Position numbers and translations under genes: made by a program
Assembly: GCF_006345805.1 (NCBI RefSeq)
Contig: NC_043010.1
Location: 25,048,001 to 25,112,000, forward strand
Length of the DNA: 64,000 nucleotides
Source: Octopus sinensis
Taxonomy: Eukaryota
Reading direction: 5' to 3'
Shown: in pieces, positions 51,857 through 64,000 of the stretch
Layout of the letters: every line of letters starts with the position of its first letter
Position numbering within the stretch: position 1 is the first letter of the stretch
Notes under the pieces: model-generated
The model's database searches: none
Seen by the model: the letters and a program-made list of their open reading frames with translations, nothing else
What the model was told of the DNA's origin: nothing

Positions 51857-52653
51857 GGGATCTTTTCCTTTTGAACGGCACTTTGTAACATAATTTCTAG
51901 GTAACTAAAAAGTTTTAAACTTCGTATACTGGTAGAATGTGTTTATAAAACATCATTTTCTCTTGGCTTTATTGAGAAAATTCTATAGTTTGTAAGATAT
52001 TTCATCTGAAATTTCTTGCATTTCGGCAATTTTAACCAATCAATTACCTCCATTGACGTAAATAACATTCTGTGCATAATGAATATGTCCCTCCTTTAAG
52101 AAACAGATTGGGTTTATTTACATTTGTGAAGAAAAAAGATACCCTTTCCCCCACCCCTAACCCTAAATCTAAAATAGATTGAAATGCAATAGATCGATAC
52201 TAGGGTTATAATTATGGGTGACATTTTCATTTGACACCGCTAGAAAAAAATCCCATTTTCCATAGCGGTGTCGTATGAAATTGTCACCCATAATTATAAC
52301 CCTAGTATCGATCTATTGCATTTCAATCTATTTTAGAGTTAGGGTTAGTTAGGGGTTGGAGAAGGGTATCTTTTTTTCTTCACAAATGTAAATAAACCCA
52401 ATCTGTTTCTTAAAGGAGGGACATATTCATTATGCACAGAATGTTATTTACGTCAATGGAAGTAATTGATTGGTTAAAATTGCCGAAATGCAAGAAATTT
52501 TAGACGGAATATGTTACAACCTATAGAATTTTCTCAACAAAGCCAAGAGAAAATGATGTTTTATAAACACATTCTACCAGTATACGAAGTTTAAAACTTT
52601 TTAGTTACCTAGAAATTATGTTACAAAGTGCCGTTCAAAAGGAAAAAGATCCC
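51857..52653. mobile_element. Near-complete ~800-bp palindromic MITE (TIR GGGATCTTTTCCTTTTGAACGGCAC)
   Basis: Arms pair almost to the centre (~52250); TAACCCTAA / TTAGGGTTA inside the arms; same TIR family as 43157-44225. Confidence 0.9.
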
Positions 52654-52914
52654 ATACATACATACACACATGACGCAGCTTGCGTATGTGTTTATATGTG
52701 TGTGTGTGTTTGTATACGTGTGTGCGTAGAGTTAATATAAACATCTGCGTGTACATATGCGTATATATTGATGTGTGTCTGACTTTTTTCAACTTTTTTC
52801 TATTGTTTTCAAACTGTCTTCACCCTTTTTCTTCTTTCGTTGTTTTCCTGTTGTCTCTCCTTTTTCCTGCTTCGCCACCACCCACCTTTACCAGTTTGCC
52901 ACCACCTCTCATCA

Positions 52915-55756
52915 TGCCTGACTTGCACTCGTTCGTCCAACACCTTCAATCCCTCCTCAGCCGCTACCTCGCGTTCTTCCCCCCACAATGTTCCGCACCT
53001 GCTATAAAACTTTCCCGCTTGCTTTTTAAGAAAACCCGCCACTCTAGTCATCTTTCCTTTCTTAGCCGGTGCCTCCGCCATCATGTCACACCCCGCGGTT
53101 TCCTCTTGAAGTTCCACGCTACCCCCTATTCCTCCCCCTTCATCGAACCCACCCTCGCTCGGACCTCCCGCTCCCTCCTCCGCGCCACCATCCGCTCCAC
53201 CCGCCCCCTCCTTGACTCCCTCGACCATCAACTTCCCCAGGCCTACCTCCTTCTCTCCGCCCTCTGCCCTCCACTCTTCACCCAACCTATCCTCCGCTTC
53301 ATTCTTAATCTCAACCACCAACTCTACAACCACCTCACACACACAAAAAACAAAAAACTCCACCTCCTCCTCAACCCCTCACCCCCTTCCCCATCCTCCC
53401 CCACTGTTCCCCCCCTCCTTCGCACCTACCCCACCCTTCCACGGACCCCCCCCCACCGTGACCTTCCTACGCCTAACCCATCTTCACCCAACCACCCCTA
53501 CCCTCCCCTTCACACCCCTGCACCCCCTCCGCCTGCCCCTAGTCCTCCCACCACCCCGCTTCCTCGCGCTGTTGTCACTATACCCCCCCCCCTCCCCCTC
53601 TCCGCCGCTGAGCGTTCCCTCCTCAGTAGAGGTCTCCGCTTCACGCCACTCACGCGCCACTGTGATGAGTTCGAGACTCGGGCGGACGTCAACCTGTTCC
53701 TGCGCCGCCTCAAACTTCGCGCATACTACCACGCGTCCCCGCAGCGTCAAAACAATCAGGATTGCCTTTTGGAGCTGGGGCGTCGTCCATCCATCTGGAC
53801 GCCGCCCCCAGGCCTTTTCAGTAGCCTAGATTCGTTTGTACATGACTGCAACGCTTTGGTCCACCGTTTCAACTTTGAACCAAGACCCCGCCGAGCCAAC
53901 CTCACTCGGGCCGAATCCATTGCCCTTCGCCACCTCCGCCGTCGTGATGACATTGTCATCAAACCGGCGGACAAAGGCGGGGCAGTGGTAGTGTGGCGCG
54001 CGGACCTATACAGGGAGGAAGCGCTCAACCAGCTTCAAAATCCACTCTTCTATCGCCTCCTCCCCTCCGATCCCACCTCCTCCTACCAACAACGAGTGTC
54101 CTCCACCATCCACGACCTCATCTCCTCCTCCGCTCTCCCCCTCACCGCCACCAACCTCATCGTCCGCACACCCCGCACCTCCACCATCTACTTCCTTCCC
54201 AAGATCCATAAACCCTCTAATCCTGGCCGTCCCATAGTCTCTGCCTGTAATTGCCCCACTGAACTCATCTCCCTATACCTCGACCGCATCCTGTCCCCCT
54301 TAGTCGCAGCCCTCCCATCCCACATACACGACACCAACCACGCCCTCCGTCTCTTCAATTCCTTTTCCTTCCCTTCCAGCCCCTCACACCTCCTCTTCAC
54401 TTTAGATGTAAAATCCCTGTACACAGTGATTCCCCACAATGACGGTCTCCTAGCCCTCCAACACTTCCTCGACCGTCGTCCCGACCCCACCCCCAGCACC
54501 CCCACCTTCTCCGTTTGGCCGAGCTCGTCCTCACCCTCAATTGCTTCACGTTCGCCGGGGAAACGTACCAACAGGTGTCCGGGGTCGCGATGGGAACTAG
54601 GATGGGCCCCAATTTCGCCAGTCTCTTCTTGGCTACATTGAGGCCCAAGTGTTCTCCCAGTTCTCTGGGCCGACCCCCGAACTATACGGTCGCTATATCG
54701 ACGACTGCGTAGGTGCCACCTCCCTTTCCCGTGAACTTCTCTGCCAATTCATCTCTTTCCTTTCCAACTTTCACCCCTCCCTTCAATTCACCTCCACCAT
54801 CTCCAACACCTCTGTCAACTTCCTTGACATCTCTCTCCGCATCGATCACCCCTCCAGATCTCTCACCACCACCGCCTTTTTTAAACCTACGGATTCCCAC
54901 CTCTATCTCAACTTCTCTTCCTCCCACCCCTTCCACACCAAACGAGCCATCCCCTACTCCCAGTTCCTCCGCCTCCGACGTTTGTGCAGCCGCGACCAGG
55001 ATTTCGAGACCCAATCTCAATACCTGGCCCGCATGTTCAGACTCCGAGGTTACCCACCCATACTCCTCTCTGATGCCCTCACCCGCGCCCGTCGCATCGA
55101 CCGCACTACCGCCCTGTCTCCTCCCCCCGCCCACCCCCAACCGCACCCCCTTCCCCCTCCTTTTCCACCCCTCTACCCTACCCCTTCGTCGCAAGATACT
55201 ACGTGCCTTCCGTCGCCTCCAGCTTGATCCCACCACCCGCCCCATTTTCCCTAACCTACCCCTGTCCTCTTTCAAACGAGCCCGCAATCTGCGTGACCTC
55301 CTGGTCCACAGCACCCTCTCTCCTTCCCCCTCAGCCCCACACGGATCATTCCCTTGCTCTAGATCCCGCTGCAACACTTGCCCCTTCATCACCAACACCA
55401 CCGCTGTCACCGGCTCCAACCTGCACACTGTACGCATTAGGCACTCTTTTACGTGCACCTCGTCTGGCCTTATTTACTGCATTAAATGCAACCTATGCGG
55501 GATGCTGTATGTAGGACAGACGGGACGCCGGTTGTCCGACCGTTTCACTGAGCACTTAAGGGACGTTCGCCTACACTCTCTTTCTCCCGTCGCACGCCAC
55601 TTCCGTTCGGCCGGCCATTCCCTAGATGACATCTCAGTGTTTGGTCTCGCCCCCCACCAAGGTCGCCCACTTTCCAGGCTCCACTTGGAGCAACGCTACA
55701 TCTTCACCCTACAAACTACCACCCCACACGGACTTAACACAGCCCCCTCCTCTTGA
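52915..55756 (+). mobile_element. Penelope-like element, Neptune-type ORF (RT + Zn-finger linker + C-terminal GIY-YIG), ~3 frameshifts
   Basis: IVIKPADKGGAVVVW, YFLPKIHK...GRPIVS, TLDVKSLYTVIP, GVAMGTRMGPNFA, YGRYIDDC, CSRSRCNTC, GLIYCIKCNLCGMLYVGQTGRRLSDRFTEH; stop TGA at 55754-55756. Confidence 0.93.
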
Positions 55757-55789
55757 GATCTGTTTTTTTTTTTTTTTTTTTTTTGGCAC

Positions 55790-58560
55790 ACCACCCACAC
55801 ACACACACCCACCTGCCTCCCACACGCACACACCCACCCACCTACCTCCCACACACACCCAACCACCTACCTCCCACACGCCTGTTCACACACACACATA
55901 CGCAGACCCATTTACGTACATACATTCACACATTTAATCACACACACTTACAGACATACTAGCACACACTAACATACAAACCAACATGCACATACACACA
56001 CACATACATACATACGCACACACATACATACTTACACACACACACACACACAGACATACATACACACATACACACACACATACATACGCACATACATACA
56101 CACACACTCACACACACACACACCGCACGTACATACTTCACACACACACATGCAAACATACATGTAGGCACATACATACATACATGCCCACACATGCACA
56201 CCCTTACACTGAATGCACACACACATACACCTTTTTGCATCCAGGCAGCCCCCCCTCTTTTCTGCTTTCCGGTTTTGGCTGATGGATCCTCGGTTCCCGC
56301 GTAGCGGGGCGTTCGAGGGCCTTTGCGCTCGCGCGCCTTGGCGCGCGCTGGGGGCTTGGTCGGCCCCTTGGGCTTGCGTTGTACTGCTTGTGCGTTGTGT
56401 GCGTGAGCGCGCTTTGTGCGTGTGGGCTTGCTTCGGATGTGCGCGTACGTATGTATGCATACATACCCACACACTCGCATGCATCCCTACCCACATACAT
56501 ACACGCACACCTACTCACACACACACATACACACACATACCTGCACACACACACACATACATACATACACATACATACCTACTTCAGACATACACACACA
56601 CAGACATACACCCATACACTCACACTCACACGCATACACACACACACATACACACGCACACGTACACATACACACACACACACACACCTACATACATACA
56701 TTACACTTGTATACACACACACTTACATTCATACACACACACACCTACACAGCCATACCCTCACTCAGACACACACATCTACCTACACACACACACAAAC
56801 ACACACGGACACACACCCATACATACATACATCTACACACACACGCCTACACACATACATACACACATACATAAACACACACACATACACATATACACAC
56901 ATACGCACACACACATATACTTATACACATGCACACACACACATACATACATACACCCATATACATACATACACACATACCCACATACTCCTATACGCAC
57001 ATACATACACAAAGACATACACACTTACACACTCACACAAACATACACACACACATACTTACACACACACTCACCTGCACGCGCACACACATGCATGACA
57101 AACACCCATACACTCACACTCACATACGCACACACCAACATAAACACGCACACGCACACACACACCTACACTCCCACACACATACACACGCACCTACATA
57201 CACACACGCACGCATACACACGCACACACACATACATTACACACGTACACACACACCCACATACACATGCATACACACACACACAAACATGCACGGACAC
57301 ACCCAGACATACACACATACACCTATATACACACGCCCACACACCTACATACACACACATATACACACGCCCACACACCTACATACACACACATACATAC
57401 ACACACATACACGGACACACCCACACATACTTACATACATACACCTATACACACACGCCTACACACCTACATACACACACATGCATACACACACACACAC
57501 ATGTACGCACATACACACACATATACGCACATACATATATACCCACACACATGCACACACACACACACATACGCACATGCATGCATGCATGCACACGCGC
57601 ACACCTACACGCATACACACACACACGCACGTACACATACATACATACACACACGCATACATACACCCATACACATACATGCATCTGACACACACATACA
57701 TACACACTCACACATACATACACACACACACTCACTCACACACCTGTATGTACGCGCACACACATGCACATACACACACTTCCCCACACCCACACGTACA
57801 TACATACACACTCACACACATACACACACAACACACGGACATACATCTATGCACACACATACATACACACATACTCACATACATTCATCGCACACACTGC
57901 CACCCAGACATACACACAGACACACTCACACATCCACACACATACATACGTACGCGCATACTCGCAGGCACGCGCACATACGCACTTACGCCGGCTCGCG
58001 CTGCATACGCGTCGCATACACCTCGCCCTTGGACCTGACGAGACCTCCCGCCCGTTCCTGGGACCGTCGCGTGTCGTTGGGTTTTCCCACGCCTGTCTCC
58101 GCGGTACCACTCTTCCATCTTCCCCTCAGCTGGAGTCCTTTTTCCTTAACCCCCCCCCTTTTTTTCGTTACACACACGCGCACACATATACACACCTTGC
58201 CTATATATATACATCACTCTTACACACATTCAATCTACTCGCCATTAATACCACCACGACACTGGACACACACACACACTACTACTCAACACACGCTGGC
58301 ACGCTACATACGCCCCCACCCCTTCCCCTCCCTCCCTTCCTCCTTCCTTCTTTTTCTTACTACTGACCTCCCTTCCTCCTTCCTTCTTTTTCTTAGTACT
58401 GACCTCGTCTGCTAGCTGACCACTAGTCTCGCCCTACCTCACACGCCTACACACAGACGCACACACTAACACACACATATATTTTTTTGTTTTTTCATCT
58501 CGCCTCACACACACACACACACACACGCACATGCACACACTCACACATACACACACATCT
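55790..58560. repeat. Long complex (CA/CATA)n microsatellite field with two GC-rich islands
   Basis: Directly visible; produces spurious HT-rich ORFs. Confidence 0.9.
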
Positions 58561-58727
58561 GTTGGGTTACCAACCTTGTCTCCACTCTTTTGCCTTTAAA
58601 AACCCACTTTGCTCTTGTTATCGTCAACATCCGCCTTTCACCATGTGCAACTCGTAAACACCAGTCGTCTTTTTTCTCTTTCCCTGTTGCCCGCTCTGGG
58701 ATCTTTCTTTCCTCTCTCTTCCTTCTT

Positions 58728-58765
58728 TATGTTTCCGACGAAGAGCTCCGCTCGAAACGTCATAC
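58728..58765 (+). ncRNA. Candidate minimal type I hammerhead ribozyme in the PLE terminal region
   Basis: CCGACGA-A-GAGC/TCC/GCTC-GAAA-CGTC; palindromic ACGT helix III; U4C core variant; weak helix I. Confidence 0.6.
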
Positions 58766-58855
58766 CTCCCTGCTTCCATCTCCTGAGCGCCTATTAATAA
58801 TAATACTGTAATTGTTCCTGTTGTTGTTTTTTTGTTTCCCTTTTGGATTAAAATT

Positions 58856-59096
<241 letters not shown>

Positions 59097-59459
59097 GTGC
59101 GTCTAAGCGTGTTTGTGTTTGTGTGTCTACATAGCAACCTGCAGGAGGCAAGAAAGTTGATTGGGGATGAAGACTCATTTGTGTAACAGGTTTATTGCCT
59201 CATTATATGTATTCAATTGTTTTTATTTGTAATGGACTGTTTAGCCCATAAATAATTGTAAAATGTAAGAGTTAATACCTCATTCAGTGCTTTTTAAAAA
59301 AGAACAATGTTTTAGAGAAGCAAAACTCGGTGGGTACTTTTTGCCTTCTCCCATCCTTATCATCCTTCTATCATTATCATTCATCTCATTAATGTCCGTG
59401 TCCAGCCAGCAAGCTATTTTACTCTATGTACTGCCTTTATGGCAAATTTAATAAAATAA

Positions 59460-59790
59460 AGTAGCTTGCTTACCAACCACATGGTTCTGGCTTCAGTCCC
59501 ACTGCATGGCACCTTGGGCAAGTGTCTTCTACTATAGCGTCGGGCCGGCCAAAGCTTTGTGAGTGGATTTGGTAGACGGAAACTGAAAGAAGCCCGTCGT
59601 ATATATGTATACGTGTGTGTGTTTGTCCCCCCACCAGACCTTGGCAATTAATGTTGGTGTGTTTACTCCCCGCAGCTTAGCGGTTCAGCGAAAGATGCTA
59701 ATGGAATAAGTACTAGGCTTACAAAGAATAAGTCCTGGGATCAATTCGTTTGACTAAAAGGCGGTGTTCCAGCATTGCCGCAGTCAAACG
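59460..59790 (+). mobile_element. tRNA-derived SINE (same family as 985-1445)
   Basis: TTCAGTCCCACTGCATGGCACCTTGGGCAAGTG...GGATTTGGTAGACGGAAACTGAAAGAAGCCCGTCG...GCCGCAGTCAAA. Confidence 0.8.
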
Positions 59791-60060
59791 GTTTTTAAAA
59801 AGTTACAGAGGCTTAAAGTTTGATAATTTTCATCCGATCAGGAAAGAAGATTGGGAAGCTGTCATTTTGTGCGTGACAACACGTATTGTCAACTGTAAAC
59901 GAAGTAAATAAATTGGGTGAGATTGGGGTAGAAATTCAGATATATATATATATATAATTTTAAAATAGGATAAAATCTTCATAAGAATTTATCAATGAGC
60001 GTGAAAAACCTCATAAGAGAAAAAACCCCATAAATTTTGTTCCCTTAAATTTATTTATTT

Positions 60061-60230
60061 ATATTATATAGAGGGAACTATTACACATATATGCCACACG
60101 CTAGGAGGGACTCTTAAAGTCAAAACTACTAAAACTATAAACGATGTGTTTATTTATTTTAGTAGTTTTGACTTCAAGAGTCCCTCAAAACGTGTGGCAT
60201 CTATGTGTAATAGTGCCCTCTATATAATAT
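60061..60230. mobile_element. Small hairpin MITE, ~74-bp inverted arms in TA context
   Basis: TATAGAGGGAACTATTACACA ... TGTGTAATAGTGCCCTCTATA. Confidence 0.75.
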
Positions 60231-60644
60231 ATATCTCTATATATAAAACTGAAATGCGTTTTTACCGCTTGGATCGCTTTCAATGCCACTACATCCCGTC
60301 CGATTCGCTCCAAAATTTACAGGGACATGTAGAATGAGGTGACGATGCTCGTGGGCTACCTTAGAAATCCCTATCTTAAAAGGTGTGGTTGCTAGGGGCC
60401 ATCTTCCTCACTCACCCTATTTCCTCCTTTCCCTCTCTTACTCCTCTTCATAACTTTCAGAAGTCCACTACCGTTATTTAAAGTATCTGTCACTATCGCT
60501 ATTTCCTTTCTTTTTCACTGACTCTGTTTCCTACCTTCCTATCACTTCGGCGGTGTTCTTTTAAGTATATGTCTGTCACCAACAAACAACACACGAGCAT
60601 GAGAACAAATATTATGAATCAGATATTCTTGCGTTCATTTATAT

Positions 60645-60770
60645 GTGTGTGTGTTCTATATATAAATATGTATATATAATGTATGTGTGTGTGTGTTCTA
60701 TATATAAATATGTATATATAATGTATGTGTGTGTGTTCTATATATAAATATGTATATATAATGTATATAT
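60645..60770. repeat. ~40-bp minisatellite, three copies
   Basis: GTGTGTGTTCTATATATAAATATGTATATATAATGTAT repeated. Confidence 0.8.
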
Positions 60771-60918
60771 ACAAAGTGTATATATCTGTATTTATGTATA
60801 TTAAACTTTTTCATACTTTTTCATAGTTATATATATATAATTTTTAACCAAATTATAAATATAATTTAATAATTTTTATTTTCAATTTAAATAATTTAAA
60901 GTTTTCAATTTTATATTT

Positions 60919-61710
60919 TACTAGCACTATCGCCCGGCGTTGCTCGGGTTTGTATAAGCATTTTTAGTGAGTTATAGCAAAAAAAATAGCAAAAAATGCA
61001 TTAAAAATGGAATAAAAAATGATAGTAATTTTTTTTTAAATCGTAGACTCATCGTAGACGCGCACTAATACCCAGAAGGGCTCGATATGAATCACGACTA
61101 TAAGATACCCGGTTTTGGTTACACTGCACCGCAAAATGTGGGAGTAGTTAGGAATCTAAATCGTAGGAGACAGACACACAACCTTACTTTTATATATAAA
61201 GATTTGTGCAACAACTAAAACATTCGGTTGTGCAAATTGTTTGCACAGGAAACCTGCCCTGTGTGGCGATTTTTGCCGTTTTTGTGCATCTGTTTCAGCT
61301 TTTTTAGCGATTTCTGTTTTGGCGACTTCAAGCCATGAAGTCGTTGTTCTAAAAGAACGCTGGTCTCCTTCACAACGCATTACGACGTTGATTTCCTTAC
61401 ACTCCTTTCCCCACAGCTTCACGAGGGAGGGGAGAAGCAACACAGGTGCAGGCGTGAGCGTGGATGCCAACTCCGCCGCCATCGACACACGAAAAAATAT
61501 GCATTAAAATGGAATAAAAAATGATGTTAAATTATTTTTAAAATCGTAGACTCATCGTAGATGCACGCTAATAGCCAGACGGGCTCGATATGAATCACGA
61601 CTATAAGATACCCGAATTTGGTTAAACTGCACCGCAAAATGTGGGAGTAGTTAGGAATCTAAATCGAAGGGGACAGACACTCACACAACTACAGTTTTAT
61701 ATATATAGAT
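60919..61710 (+). mobile_element. Helentron/DINE-1-like non-autonomous elements (complete short copy 60919-61204, second 3' end at 61710)
   Basis: 5' ACTAG...CCCGGCGTTGCTCGGG hairpin; 3' TTTTATATATA(A/T)AGAT; ~210-bp block duplicated. Confidence 0.7.
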
Positions 61711-62664
61711 ATATTTTCTATGTTATATTTTCTTTTTTTATGTTTTTGTTTTTGGTTTTTCACTGTTTGATTTGCCTATTATCTCTAATTTAATTTATAC
61801 AGATATATATCTCATTTGTATACATTTGTATATATAATGTGTGCACACACACACACACATATATATATATATACACATAGTCGGTCGATTCAGCTGAAAA
61901 TATGCACACCTATGTTAAAGGTGCTGACAAGTTTGCATGACAACTATTTTGTTCCTCAAATGAAAGGCGTCACCTCTAGGACAAAATTCCTCATCTTATA
62001 AAATGTGGCCCCTGTAGACCCGAATGAAATTGGATTATATTAACCAAAATGTGAAAAGGGGTCTAAATGGGGCTGGAAGGGGATTAAAATTTCAAGGAGC
62101 GGGTGTTTAGGAATTCTCTGTTACATCAAGCTAAAAAATTTGCGCCAGCCTTTTAATCGTCAATGTGTTGCCATCCATGATAAAGAAGTTTTGAATGCTT
62201 GCCGTGGTGAGTCTACTGTCGTGAGAAAGAATCACTTCAAAACTTGGTGTTTACGAATTTTCTTTTACATCAAGTTCAATATTTTACGCCAGCCGTTAAA
62301 CTGTCCGTCGTTAACAAATGCCAGCCATGGTGACTCTACTATCCTCAGATTTTATCCCTTCAAACTTTGGTTTCCAATATTTTATTATTTTTATTCAGCT
62401 CGCAAGTTCGTCTGTCCCTTTTAAATGTTAGCGTTTTGCTGTCTGCCTTGAAGCAGACCTTTCCGTTGCCACTGCCTGATATTTATGATTGATCTTTCTA
62501 AATATTTTATTTCTCAACTTACTCAAGATCTTCTGTTGTTTATAAATGGGAGAGAGATAGATAAAGATAGAGAGTAAGAGAAAGCGAGGGAGAGTCCGAG
62601 AGAAAAGAAAAGTAAGAGAGTGGGGAAAGTGAGAGAGAAAGGAGAGAGAAACAAAGAGGGAGAA

Positions 62665-62971
62665 TCATCATCATCATCGTTTAACGTCCGTTTTCCATGC
62701 TAGCACGGGTTGGACAGTTTGACTGGGGTCTGGGAAGCCAGGAGGCTGCACCAGGCTCCAGTCTGATCTGGCAGTGTTTCTACAGGTGGATGACCTTCCT
62801 AACGCCAACCACTCTGTGAGTGTAGTGGGTGCTTTTTTCGTGCCGCCGGCACAGGTGCCAGGGGAGCTCACAGCTGTCACGATCGGTTGGTGCTTTTTAC
62901 GTGCCACCGGCACAGAAGCCAGTCAAGGCGGCGCTGCAATCGGCCACGTTCGGATGGTGCTTTTTACGTGC
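62665..62971 (-). mobile_element. RTE 3'UTR/tail, truncated by the Gypsy LTR
   Basis: (ATC)n tail and iterated GGTGCTTTTTACGTG motifs. Confidence 0.85.
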
Positions 62972-64000
62972 TGAAAGGAAGCAACAGAAAGTAACAACTA
63001 CACTCTTACCCGCGCGTAGAGCGGGTCACCTTCAACTAGTATATATATATATATTCATTTTTTTTTTATGTAGTATGAATGGTGAAAAGAGTACAACAGA
63101 ACAAGGAAGGAATGGAATGCAATTGGGTCTTACCTAGCTGGAGATGAACTTGGATCGCCTTTAGCCAACTCGCTCGTGTCGTGTCTTCGTCGTGTCTGAG
63201 TCAACTGCTCGATGCCGCACGTGCGTTCTGCCTGTCACTTCCGCTTCCGCCGGCACATGCGCCCTGCAAACCCTGCAAGCCCCACTTCCGCTCTCCCCAT
63301 CCGTCACACTCCCTCACCATCACAACACACGCCCCCCTGATCTATAGATCACTGAACCGGCTTCCTCACTCGCTCCCGCACCTGAAACTGGTTTCATAAT
63401 CAGCCAACCAGGGAGGAGGGTGCCGCTCCCTCTGTGGTCGCAGTGCGACCCTATGACTTGTTTCTGGTGTGTTGCTGCCGACCTCGTCATCCTGTCTGTT
63501 GTTTTCGTCTTGCCCACTGCTGCTTGTCCCATCCTCTGGGGCATGGACAATCCTCCATATGTCCAAAACGTGGCGTGGCATACCATCGACCGAGATGTTA
63601 TTCTTTGAATTTACGGAGGTTATTGTCCCCTTTCCCCATTGCGATGTATACCGTGCGTTTGGGGGTTTTACCCAGACTTCCTCCCCGACCTGCACGAAGG
63701 CGTGCTCTTCCTCTGCCCCGGGTCGCATTGACGTAGTACACGGATGCCTCCACTCGTACCTGAATATTGCCCTGTGTGGCACCGACTCCTCAGCCTGTCC
63801 TGATCTGGGCGATATATTGTACCAAAACACGGCCTCGACTGGTGAAATGTGACCCCTCTCTGCCATGGCCTTGATGGTACGATGATGCCTTTCCACCACC
63901 CCGTTTCCACTTAGCCGGTATGCCGCCCTGAAGAAGCGGTTGACCTTCCACTCATCAAGCATTTCTCTCAGCACATCCGAGCGAAACGCAGTGCCGTTGT
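62972..64000 (-). mobile_element. Gypsy/Ty3 LTR retrotransposon 3' end: integrase, PPT and 3' LTR (~62972-63327)
   Basis: NGTAFRS...SGNGVVERHHRTIK...YNISP; stop at 63366; G-rich PPT (TCAGGGGGGCG) before TGTTGTGA; LTR bounded by TG...CA. Confidence 0.85.

Noticed and set aside
43390-52350. TAACCC/TTAGGG motifs as telomere or fusion scars
   Set aside because: Only 1-3 units each, at fixed positions inside MITEs.
52809-55458. Minus-strand ORFs 52809-53363 and 54682-55458
   Set aside because: Antisense shadows of the C-rich PLE ORF; low-complexity G/E/R translations.
55959-58415. Long His/Thr-rich or Cys/Val-rich ORFs (e.g. 56213-57688, 491 aa)
   Set aside because: Translations of (CA)n/(CATA)n microsatellite, which lacks stops in several frames.
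61156-61507. ORFs on both strands in the GC-richer segment
   Set aside because: No recognisable domain; embedded in a non-autonomous repeat.

Overview
Eukaryotic, AT-rich, microsatellite-laden DNA. The repeat families suggest a cephalopod (Octopus-like) genome; this is inferred, not proven. One host gene is present: mitochondrial replicative helicase Twinkle (TWNK/PEO1), + strand. It has 13 coding exons from 5053 to 39294, all introns are GT-AG and phase-consistent, and the CDS is 1962 nt (653 aa if it starts at ATG 5053). The rest is mobile DNA: RTE-clade LINE fragments and their 3'-tail derivatives, a Buster-type hAT with an exact 8-bp TSD, a mariner-family fragment, R4/Dong-like and CR1 fragments, Helentron-type non-autonomous elements, long palindromic MITEs, a ~240-bp degenerate satellite, a full-length Tx1/L1-clade LINE, a Neptune-type Penelope-like element with a minimal hammerhead-like motif, and the 3' end of a Gypsy LTR element. 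The strongest hunt result is a three-part retroelement system at 44840-51860. The Tx1 LINE sits at a specific site (GTATTTCGTCTGCCG) in the tRNA-like head of a SINE. A SINE variant carries that LINE's 3' tail (27/30 nt identical). Headless units of that SINE are stacked at exactly the same site, forming tandem arrays.
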